The translations under genes were made by a program, and so were the position numbers. From Octopus vulgaris (Eukaryota), in the NCBI GenBank assembly GCA_951406725.2, contig OX597832.1, positions 35,836,001 to 35,900,000 on the forward strand: 64,000 nucleotides of DNA. The letters run 5' to 3'. Below are positions 53,160 to 64,000 of the stretch, one piece after another. Below the pieces are notes generated by a model, which ran no database searches, had not been told where the DNA came from, and saw only the letters and a program-made list of their open reading frames with translations. Every line of letters starts with the position of its first letter. The first letter of the stretch is position 1.

Positions 53160-54205
53160 CCAGCATCAGCATCATCAGCATCAAATAATTATACCAACTC
53201 AGTAATAACTGTAAACATAGAAATGTTAAGATTAATGAGGTGAGATAATGTAATAGAACAAAATAAATGCAACTGATATATAAATCACATGATTTTTTCC
53301 GAAAGAATAGTACCAAGGAATGGCATTGGAATTAAGGGTAATAAAAGAAATTAAACATTTTTGGAAAGAACAAATGTTAGAACAAAAATCTATGAAATTT
53401 GACATGGAAATACAGAATCATCAACCAGGATATAATTATCCATAATGGAGAAAATAATGTATGAAGTACATAGACTGGGAGATATATATATATATATATA
53501 AGTTACACTGCCAGGAAACAACCATCAACATTCTTTTAAACAATCTGACTCCTTACTTTTAGAACAACAATAATCTCCAACAAAAGACCAGCAGATGATC
53601 CATCAATCTATTACTTTATTGCTTATAAATAAATAATACCCAACAGGATCATTAAATATTTATAAAATATAATGTAATTCTGCAGATCGGAACAGATGTA
53701 TGCTGTTGTCCTAGTGCACTGTCGATGGTGCTTTGTTAACAAGATGGTAGTGAATGATGCCGAAATATGAAGAAATAATGTGCCTGGATTAAGTGCAGAA
53801 AACAATTTTATTTTGTCCCGAGAAGTACATCAGCAGTGACCTTCATTGAATAACAGCACATAGTTGCTATGGTGACTGAAAACTCCATGGGTAAAAGATC
53901 CAGCTTCACAGACATATCTACTAAGATATTCCAAAGAAACAGTACTTCTGATTTCCATTCTATTCTGTATTTGTTTTCTTTAAGTAACCAGTTCAGTGGG
54001 AAAAAAGCTAATTTTGGAAGAGAGAAAGGGCCAGGCTTAACCATCGTCTCTTTGCAGATGAAGTAAAATTGTATTCTGGGAATGGTTCCCAGCTTCAGAA
54101 TCTCCTGAGTATTATTGAGGCAGCAAACTTTGCAGAGTCATTAGAGTATTAGAATGCTTCATGGGAATTGTTCTGGTTCTTTTTTGTTCTGAGTGCAAAT
54201 ATTGC

Positions 54206-54378
54206 CTACATGTACGACAGACTGAACCTGTTGCCTGGTTTAAAACCATCACCCGGCACCTTTGATACCTTTGCATTTGCAAGCTTTTGGACAAGGTTTC
54301 CTGTTTGAGAATAACCTTCTCCCTCCCAGCAGTCTTGGAGGAACTGTAAAGGGTTATGGCCACCGCCTTCCCTCATGA
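54206..54378 (-). CDS. Candidate terminal coding exon of an unidentified host gene
   Basis: Strong acceptor ttttttaatcttttag|, phase 1, 56 open codons MREGGGHNPLQFLQDCWEGEGYSQTGNLVQKLANAKVSKVPGDGFKPGNRFSLSYM*, locally GC-richer; no family recognised. Confidence 0.45.
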
Positions 54379-55579
54379 CTAAAAGATTAAAAAATTCAGT
54401 TTAGCAAGATTTAAATTTTCTTTGGACTGGAGAAAGTAAGAAACTGCTAATGAAACAAGACAGATGGTTTAAAAATGCAAGGAATGGGGTGGATAATAAG
54501 GGAACCGGACAGTTGTGCATTCTACAGCTATTTGGGTAAAGATGTGAGTAAAACTGTGTAAATGTAAAGTTACAAAACAAAAATGTTTGAATTTTTTGAC
54601 AGAGCAAAAATTATTAAAAGCTCAACCATTTGAGACAGATTTACAATGCCAGCCATAATTTGTGGCTCAGTGTTATTGGATTGTGGTAAGAGAGATCTGT
54701 ATTCTGTGACTGTAATATGAGAAATAAGTTTTTAAAAATGACACATATTACACCATAAGTCTGACACTCAACAACTGTACACTGCTTGAAGATTGAGAAC
54801 CATTGAACACTAGGGAGGAATATAAGAAGCCAATTACTAATGTTGCCCAGAACCTGCCATGTGCACTTGATAGCAAAACAGTAGCAAATTGATTATATCC
54901 AAAGGGACAAAATTCTCACAAGAAGTTGGTTTAGACTTCAAATTGCTTAAGTTGGAGCCTAGAGCTGAAATGAAAATAGACATATTGATGGCATATAGAT
55001 GTACCAAGATGAAACAACCATAGTGACAATCATTTTCAAGGTCTATATTTTCATGAACTGGATGCCCCATATATAAATGCAAGACTATTTCTGGTCTGGA
55101 TTCCCAAATCTGACCTGAATAAGAGAGTAGAAGCAAAAGCATTTGCAACACAAGAAACGGTATCATCACTAGAAATAGTGAAATAAATTTTACAATATTA
55201 ATGACCAAAGTTGCCTGCGTGACTACATTTTCTTGAGAAAATGCACAACAGTGTCATGATGTCCAATACTAAGTTTGATAAAATACAACTTGGAACACAA
55301 TAACATAGCGAAGCTGTTCTACAAATGCCTATTCCACAAATCTCAAATGTTTCAGGGAAAAAACTCTCTGGCAGACATATGACTCTCTGTTTGTCTTAGA
55401 CAATAGCATTATGAAAGTACTTTGGAACTGTAATTTACAAATAGACCACCAGGTGGTGGATAATAGGCCTTACATTATCTCCCATGACAAAAATGGCAAC
55501 AATATATTAACTCGGCAAAGCCAAATGATTTATAATATGAAGAAGTGAGGCCCAACGCTAAGACATTACACTGACCTAA

Positions 55580-56320
55580 ACAGGGGATAAAATATAATGC
55601 AAAACCAGGCTGTGGCAATGCCGTGATGCAGTACTAGGCATTAGCTATGCTCTGCTACAATACCGGGCTATGGCAATACCCTGATATAGTACCAGACAGT
55701 GGCTATGCCCTGATGCAGTACCAGGCAGTAACTCTCACGGCTTCTGATCTTAACAACTGATTGGAAGTGTTATCATGTACATTGTTTTGTCTTGGTATAA
55801 AAGATGGGCTTCAGCAAATATTCCGCTTAATACCACAGATTTACATGTCAGTTGTTTGACTTTAACTAGTTGAGCCTGTCACTTAGTGGCTGACGATATG
55901 TGCATCTTTGATCAGGAGCAGAAGTAGTGGGGGAGCATCATAGCCATGTGTTGAGAGGAATTCTTTGGGGTTTGAAAAATTCCCCCCTGGAACATGAGTG
56001 TTTCATTCATTATCCTTAAACAATCCTTATTCAGGGACCTTTTGAGTTGGATGACCTGGAAAAATTTCTAACTGGACCCCCACCTATAAGGTCATGCACT
56101 GTTTATCTTGATATGAGATTATCATGTCATGCACATATGGTTCTGATGCATGTGCCTAGTGTACCCTTATCAGATGGGTAGTCATGGGTATTTTGAGCTT
56201 CATGTATTTTGTATTCCAGTGTCACTTTGATGGCATGCACTGCTCTCTCATCCAATAATAATAATAATAATAATAATGATGATGATGATAATAATAACAA
56301 TGATAATAATAATAATAATC
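55580..56320 (+). mobile_element. Unclassified interspersed retroposon with 5' ~29-bp tandem units and (AAT)n tail
   Basis: Tandem accaggc.gtggc.atgcc.tgatgcagt units at 55605-55730; ends in (AAT)n. Confidence 0.5.
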
Positions 56321-56470
56321 TTTTCTACTAGAAGCAGAAGGCCTGAAATTTGGTGGGGAGGGGTTAGCCAATTACATCAACCCCTAAAGGACAAAAGGTA
56401 AAGTTGACCTCAGCAGCATTTGAATTCAGAACATAATGCTGGACAAAATGCCACAAAGCAATTTGTGCAG
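56300..56470 (-). mobile_element. SINE body with Meta-domain-like core and (ATT)n tail
   Basis: Reverse complement resembles 56925-57085 and 57147-57328. Confidence 0.65.
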
Positions 56471-56622
56471 AATGTTCACAATTGATATCAAACACAAACA
56501 CACTGATAAACATTGCAATCCCTTCTGACAAGAATATTGCCCCGAAAGAGGTGGAAAAACCACCAAAATATGAGGCTTTTGAAATTGAAATATTAAAGGT
56601 GTTGGGCACGAGGATGTAAACA

Positions 56623-56742
56623 ATACTTACAGCCGCTGGGTTTCCCAAGCGGTCACCCATCTTAGTACTAACTAGGCTCAACGTTGCTTAACTTCAGTGA
56701 TCGGACAAGAACCGGTGCTTTCAACGTGATATGGCCATAAGC
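56623..56742 (-). rRNA. 5S_rRNA: Dispersed 5S rRNA copy, probably a pseudogene
   Basis: Minus strand gcttatggccatatcacgttgaaagcaccggttcttgtccgatcactgaagttaagcaacgttgagcctagttagtactaagatgggtgaccgcttgggaaacccagcggctgtaagt; about 120 nt, box A and C recognisable, CpG decay, no adjacent T4 terminator. Confidence 0.9.
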
Positions 56743-56924
56743 TAGTCACTATTCTATATTTTAGGGCAGAGTGGTCATGGTCTTGATGCCCAACATGGCA
56801 AAGAATAACTTGGGGGAGATTTAAATGAAAGGAAAATGTAAATAAGTGGATGAAAGCAAATGAAATTCAGTTAAAGCTAAAATATAAAAAAGGATATTGA
56901 AGACTTAACTTTGGAATAGAAATG

Positions 56925-57085
56925 CCTGGCAGTATTTCTTCCACTTCTTTGTGTTCTGAATTCAAATCCCACTGAGGTCAACTTAGCTTTTCATCAAACC
57001 AGGGTTGACAAAATATATAAGCAATCAAATAATACGTAATGAACTAAACCCCCCTCTTCAAAATTGCTGGCCCGGGGCCTAAATC
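56925..57085 (+). mobile_element. SINE with Meta-domain-like core, degenerate
   Basis: ctgaattcaaatcccactgaggtcaacttagcttttcatc, shared with the copy at 3315. Confidence 0.6.
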
Positions 57086-57146
57086 CTCCTCCTCCTCCTC
57101 CTTCTTCTCATCATCATCATCATCATCATCGTTATTATTATTATTC

Positions 57147-57274
57147 TGCCAAGGTTGACTTTGCCTTTCATCCTTTCAGGGTCAATAGATTAAGTATCAA
57201 TGAAACACCGGGGTCGACGTAATCGACTTAACCCCTCCCCCAAAAATTCAGGCCTTGTGCCTATAGTAGACAGG

Positions 57275-57328
<54 letters not shown>
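57147..57328 (+). mobile_element. SINE 3' part with (ATT)n tail
   Basis: gttgactttgcctttcatcctttcaggg...ggggtcgacgtaatcgact...caggccttgtgcc. Confidence 0.75.
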
Positions 57329-57330
<2 letters not shown>

Positions 57331-57577
57331 CTTGTGAAGCAGCATAACTGTCATTATTATTGTCAATATTGTTGTTGCTGTAGTTGTTGTTTGGTATTGG
57401 TTCAGCAAAAAACAAAAAAAAGAAGAAACATTGTCAACACAAGAACTGGACATAAAGCACAATAAACTGGACACTGTCCACTCTGTAGAAACACATGAAA
57501 AATATCTTCCCTTTTAGTTTATGTTACCAACTCCTTGGTAGGATTTGAATTCAGAACGTAAAAGACAGGTAGAAATA

Positions 57578-57795
57578 TTGATTTCAAATTTTGGCACAAG
57601 GCCAGCAAGTTTAGGGGGAGTGGGTAAGTTGATTACATCGACCCCAGTGCATAACTGGTACTTATTTCATTGACCCTGAAAGGATGAAAGGCAAAGTTGA
57701 CTTCAGTGGAATTTGGACTCAGAACATAAGGACAGATGAAATGCCACTAAGCATTTTGTCTGGCATACTGATGGTTCTACCAGTTCGTTGCCTTA
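57578..57795 (-). mobile_element. SINE with Meta-domain-like core
   Basis: Reverse complement of the core: gaccctgaaaggatgaaaggcaaagttgac. Confidence 0.75.
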
Positions 57796-59054
57796 AGACT
57801 GGAAGAAATATTGCAGAGCATTTTATTTGTCCAGCACCAGTAATATTCCTCTTGGGGCATCATGCATTCATCCTTTTCAAGAAGCCAATTTAAAATTTCA
57901 CCCAAGTGTTTTCTGCGATGGAAATATTAATTATTTTGTGTTATTCCATGTTTCAACAAAATGAATAGCAACAACAACAGCAGCATTATCAACAACAACA
58001 AAAACAAGGTGAATAAAGAAACAAAATAGTACAGAGCAAAAAAAAAAAAATTGCTGAACCCTTTTCTCAACAGTAAAACATGAAATATATCTTTTGATTC
58101 TCTCAAGAATGAAAGTAGAAGAGTGAAAAAGTGAGTGGACATTTGTGAGAATCAACTTTGTTGTGATATTCCTCCCACAATCCTCCCACTTTAGTTAGAC
58201 TGGGAACAAATTACATTAAGTTGTACAGCTAAAGATGTCAAGTTTAAAACACAGGACTCAGAAAAATATATTGTTTCTTGAAACAAAATCTTAGATTCTT
58301 TTCAGTCATTTTGCTTTATTATGTCAAATGTTTTTTTCTCAAAAACATCTTTTTTTTAGCAATAAAACTTGAATATTTTCACATAAATTTTGAAGGGCAA
58401 ATAGAAATATATTTGTTTTGGACACAGTTTTCTGAACCTTCCATTTCTTGGTCTTATCTTAAAAATCAAAATTATTAAACCTTCAGCCATTGTACACCTC
58501 TTCCTTAAACATTTCCATCATATCATCTCACTATATTAAACCATGAAATGCAATCCCATATTGACCATAATATCTTGTTATTTCACTGTATTGTATCATG
58601 AAAATTATTGCCTCTTTATATTTCTCAGTTAGATATTAACGACATTGTTTCTCTGTTCTCAAATTAAATGGTATCAACTGTCAACATTTCAATATTTCAT
58701 TAAAGGCCTTTATCACTTTGCTATATTTTATCAGAAGACAGTGATGTTAATAAATTTTACCAATGAACATAATCACCACTCTACAAACTTGAGCATTGAT
58801 CATTATAATATATTTCTTCATTTTGAAACATCATTCCTCCATATATTTTATCATAAGACATTATCATCTTTATCTATTAAACCATATGATTAAACCATAT
58901 TATTTTTGTATCATTTTAACAAAGCATTATCAATGCCATCATTTTTTACATTTTATCAACAAACACCACAAAACATTATTATCTATTAATCTATCACCTC
59001 AACAATATCTAAGTAGAAAATATATAATTAACACCTTTTTTGTAAACATTGTGT

Positions 59055-59057
<3 letters not shown>

Positions 59058-59136
<79 letters not shown>
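59058..59136. repeat. (GT)n microsatellite
   Basis: Direct inspection. Confidence 0.95.
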
Positions 59137-59138
<2 letters not shown>

Positions 59139-59564
59139 TTGCATGTGAAAGTTTGTGAGTCTGTAACCTTGATGCTTATGTATGTATGTCTGTATGTATG
59201 TGTGTATGTATGTATGTATGTATGTATGTACGTACGTATGTATGTATGTATCTATGTATGAATGTAGGTCTGTCTGAATGCCTGTATGTATGCATGTATG
59301 TACACTTACAACATACATATGCACTCATACACTCAGACGTATGCACATTTAAATACTTATGGTTTTCTAAACATATGCAAGTACACACAGGTATACATAC
59401 ATACATGCATAAGTAAGCATACACATGTACATATGTATATACAAACGAGCATTATACAGACACATATATACTTTCATACATACATACACATATGCATACA
59501 TATATACATAGATACATACAGATACACGTTTTTGAATACATCTGCAGTTTGAGTGAAAGCAACT

Positions 59565-59695
59565 TTACAACTCAAAACGGACATCACTCGTTCTAGAGGA
59601 CTTCATGGAACAATGTCCCAAGTTCATATTCTTGCGACAGTTATTAACATGGCCATTTAGCAGCTCCACCTTTTCACCGTTTTCTTGGAACACGT
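59565..59695 (-). CDS. Candidate terminal coding exon of an unidentified host gene
   Basis: Acceptor ttattccatctcttgttgcag|, phase 1, VFQENGEKVELLNGHVNNCRKNMNLGHCSMKSSRTSDVRFEL*, retains CpGs and is GC-richer than the flanks. Confidence 0.5.
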
Positions 59696-59809
59696 CTGCA
59701 ACAAGAGATGGAATAATTCATGGCAACACTAATAAAAGAAAACACAGACAAGAATTGTAATAAAACTAATTTTTTCAAATAATGTGGATACGCATACACA
59801 AATACATAT

Positions 59810-60311
59810 AAAAGGCAATCTATATATCCAACTTAATGTGGATGTATTGTTAGAGGGCAAAGCACTGCATTATTTACCCAGATAAAACCCCGTCATATGG
59901 ATAAAAGCACACGTATTTACGTTTCTGGCAGACGAGGACCATGTGCTAAGAATGTTGGCACTGCCAGCTCATGGGATTTCAATGTTGCCTGCCTCTTTAG
60001 CAGCAGATATTCCAATGGCTGCATACAAGCCAAATCTCACTGCCTGTAATATAGATAAAGAGATCTCATTTATTGCTGGCAATGAGATTTGGTTAGTATG
60101 TAGTTACTGGATGTCTGCTACTGAAAAGATGGGTCGTGTCAAAGTCATGTGACCTGGCAGTTCTGGCACATGTAGTACATGATTCTCATTGACCAGCAAT
60201 ATAGTTATATGCACCATGCACCCGTATGAGAGGTTATTTCAAGGTAAATAATGCGGTATTTGGTCCTCTAACAATACATCCACATTAAGTTGGATATAAA
60301 GATTGCCTTTT
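59810..60311. mobile_element. Fold-back / MITE-like element with about 69-bp inverted termini
   Basis: 59810-59878 and 60243-60311 are reverse complements (aaaggcaatct.tatatccaacttaatgtggatgtattgttagagg...). Confidence 0.8.
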
Positions 60312-60685
60312 GGCATTCATGCTGCTTCTGCTACAAATAATTATTTTACACACACACATACATACATATATATATATATATATGTATATTGTACATTATA
60401 TATAAAGTAAACTAATTTTATTTTCATATTCATAATTAAATTATTAACTTCCTTTGTTTCGCTTCTTTTCAATCTTTATCTCTCGATTTATTTAATTTTT
60501 CAGTCTTTAGTTTTAAATAAATAAATAGAAAAATCATTTTAAACCACAGAATAATACCATTGCAATTTCACAATTTTTATTTCAATGTAATTCATTTATT
60601 TCTTAATAATTTCTTAATTGATATTTTCAAAAATATAGAAATGCAGTTGTTTCTAATATAAATATTATGATGATACAATGTTGCT

Positions 60686-60729
<44 letters not shown>

Positions 60730-60864
60730 CATACATGTACACACACACACACACACAGGCATTCCCCATGTGACATGAAAGGTCTTGCATTACAAAAATT
60801 CCATGTTAATGACAAGGTTTTTATGAGTTCAAAGCTTCTGTTACACTGGGAGTGTCTGTACATG

Positions 60865-61040
60865 TCATCATCATTTAATGTCTGCTTTCCATGCTGGCAT
60901 GGGTTGGATGGTCTGACAGAAGCTGATGTGTAGTAAAGTCACATCAAGTCCCAATGTCAGCTTTGGCATAGTTTTTAAAGGCTTGATGCCCTTCCTAGCA
61001 CCAACTGTATTACAGAATGTGCCAGGTGCTTTTCCATGCC
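60865..61040 (-). mobile_element. RTE-like 3' tail
   Basis: catcatcatttaatgtctgctttccatgctggcatgggttgga is the reverse complement of the RTE tail. Confidence 0.7.
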
Positions 61041-62339
61041 ACTGAATTATATAATCAAGAGGAGGAAGAGGAAGCAGGGTGGAGGGGAGGAAGAAAAGTG
61101 TAGAGTTTCTATGATATTTTTTTGTTCTCTGGTTGTTTCAGGCTCTGAGAGAAATAAGAATATGGGGTGTGGTGATAAGTGGGAATAAGTCTGTGTTGGG
61201 TAGGTATTTAAGGTCTGGGGTGGATGAATGCATGAGACATTCAGTGATACTGATGTGAGTAACAGAGTATGTTAAGATTCACATGGTTATATGCATAACT
61301 TGCTCTACCCTGAGTCAAATGTTTAACTCTGCTTTGTGATGCTGAGACACAGGATCACATAGGCATGTATAACCTGCTACACCTTGGGCGAGATGTTTAC
61401 CTCTACCTTTTGGTGTTGAGACACAGGAATGGGAGACAAAGAAAAAACAAACAAACAAGCAACAAGAAAATCAAGAAAATGGGAAGAAGTTGATAAACAC
61501 AACTATTATAGCTGATAATAATCGTTGGGACCATGCTAACATATAAGCAAGAACAGCAATAATAGTAGTAGAAGTATTAGTAGTAGAATGATTAGTATTA
61601 GCAGTAGTATTCGCAGAAGCAATAACATTAGTAATAGTAGCAGCAGCAGCAGCAGCAGCAAGGCATACTAGTGTTGAATAATTGTTAGAAACTAGTTCAA
61701 TCTTAACATTTATGACAACATTCAAATGAGATTCTTGTTTATAGACACTTTCCACTGTCATACCATTAATAATATATGGTTGGTTATAACAATGACATAC
61801 CACTGGTTATAAAAATGATGTACCACTGGTTATAGCATTTCGTTGGGGGAAATGTTATTTGTAAACCAGTAGAATAACACTACTGAGTAAAATGACAAGT
61901 TACCATTAGCTATAACAATGGTATATCAGTAAGTAATGCATTTGCATACTATCGGATATACTATAGAATATACCAAACTATACCTTAGTCAATGTATGAT
62001 AGAACCAGATCATACCTTGGGTATAGAAATTGTATATTATATATCCATATCATATTTTGGTTATATGAGCATTATACCATTGATTATATCAGTAGTGTAA
62101 TATTCTAGAAATGTTGGAACATGAAATGGTATAGCATTAGAATAAAGAAAACATACAAATGGCGTACGATTAGCCTACTGTACATCTGATAGCATACCAG
62201 TAACATACTAATAATAACTGCATATCACAGAGAGAGAAAGAAAATACCATGCATATCATTCAAGTATCAGGTTTATGGAATGGTATAGTAGCAAACAACA
62301 TGCTGACTAAAGGAAAGAATTTTTAATGGCAAGTCAATG

Positions 62340-62470
62340 GTATACCATTGATACATTACTGACCAGTTACAGACATACCACCGACATCACTCACATTCAT
62401 TGACATATTGTTGACATATCATTGACATACCATTGTGATACCATTGAAATAGCATTGACATGCCATTGAC
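62340..62470. repeat. Degenerate 11-bp tandem repeat (ttgacatacca)
   Basis: Direct inspection. Confidence 0.7.
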
Positions 62471-62669
62471 AGATAAGAGAGCAATTCTGTATAAAGATAT
62501 TTCATGTATGGCAACTAGAATTGAAAGAGTTGAAAGAGTTGAAGAGGAAGTGAAGAATCAACCAAGATGAAAGATGCAGAATATGTAATATATATATATT
62601 TATATATATATATATATATTAGTTATATAGATAGATAAATAGATTGGTAAATAGACAGACAGACAGCTA

Positions 62670-62671
62670 GG

Positions 62672-62743
<72 letters not shown>

Positions 62744-62755
62744 CAGATAGATGGA
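62670..62755. repeat. (GATA)n microsatellite
   Basis: Direct inspection. Confidence 0.95.
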
Positions 62756-64000
62756 TAGAGTGTTAGCAATAAACTATAGCTGGATTGTTGTTCACCTTCC
62801 TGTCTGCCATTTTGGTGGTAGCTGCCCTGCTTCTTCTCACTGTTGATAGTTCCGAAAAGAGTGGATGGATAAAGATGAGTGTATATATGTACACAATATT
62901 TGTGTATGTGAGGTGTATGTGTTTATTTTAACAGAAACAAAAGTAAAAGTCCTCAATACATGTGGTAGAGTATGTTTATTTATATCTTCAAAGCTGGTGA
63001 TATGCTCCACCTCTGTTCAGAATTTCTTGCTACATACAGTCATTAAGATCCCACTAAGAAACTCTGAGTAGTGACAGAATGAGTTCTCAGCTTCAAACAG
63101 TTATGCATACATAAATCATAACAATTTTAACCTCATTATATTATGTACCCATACCATAACTACCACACCACAGCACTCCACACTCCTTCATTGTACCACT
63201 CCATTACACCATTGCACTACACCACACCACTCCACACCATACAACTCATGGCCCAAGAATCAACAACAGATGGATGTTTGACTATCAGAAACAGCAGCCA
63301 AACTACCCCATTCCCACAGCCAATGACCACAGTCATCCCCACACTACACACTGCCACTATACTATTATTACGCACCACTATCAATTACAGTACACGATCC
63401 AATACTATCAAACATGTAGTGTCTAATTGACATAATGTCCTTCGATATCAATTAGCAGGCAGTTAAATTACTCTAATTGATGTTTTAAAAACTATCTGTA
63501 TGTTCTTTTGCCTTTTCTGATATTGAAATTATAAGTGAAAGGAAAAAGTAACCATCAAGAAAGGAATCTATCTCACTGACTCAACTTGAACTTTAACAAA
63601 CTCTCACCAAAATAAATTAGAGAATTAAATCTATTTTTCCATATTTCTTGTAGTTTCTCTACACCACCTTTGTCTGCTGTGTGAACACATAATCTAATGG
63701 ATCTAGTTTACAAACTAAGGTTATATTGACACCATTCAGTATTTGCAATAATTTAATTACCACTAATTAGCTATATCAGGATTCTATGTTCCTAATTAGT
63801 AATGGCCATTTTCCCATGATAGCATCTTGGCACACAAAACACAAAATGCAAAGAATTTTGTCATCAATCAATAACTTTCATTTTCATTATAGCACAGTAT
63901 TATTATGGAATATTTGGAAGTCTACAAGTATTATATCATTGTAAGAACATATCTGTTGCATTCAGAGAGGAATGGTAGCATTAACATCTTGAAACAGATC

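Noticed and set aside
59912-59982. Hammerhead-like motif on the minus strand (cccatgag-ctggcag...ctgccag-aaacgta)
   Set aside because: The core differs from CUGAUGA at two essential positions and stem I does not pair.

Overview
AT-rich, microsatellite-dense eukaryotic DNA. The mix of RTE LINE fragments, tRNA- and Meta-domain-like SINEs, Tc1/mariner relics and a mollusc-type 5S sequence fits a cephalopod (Octopus-like) genome; this is an inference. Nearly all ORFs in the supplied track are microsatellite or AT-rich artefacts, and no complete host gene is visible. Recognisable content: a Helitron helicase fragment and a non-autonomous Helitron, several Tc1/mariner relics, many RTE RT/3' fragments, an RLE-type LINE relic, a Penelope-like endonuclease relic, an hAT MITE with an 8-bp TSD, many SINEs, one dispersed 5S rRNA copy and two minisatellites. 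Two points stand out. First, a fold-back element at 6579-6786 encloses a minimal type-I hammerhead ribozyme fold whose core reads GUGAACA, a compensatory C3G/G8C swap of the canonical CUGANGA. Second, several short minus-strand segments look like same-phase terminal exons (best at 59565-59695 and 54206-54378). Many inverted repeats could form long dsRNA.
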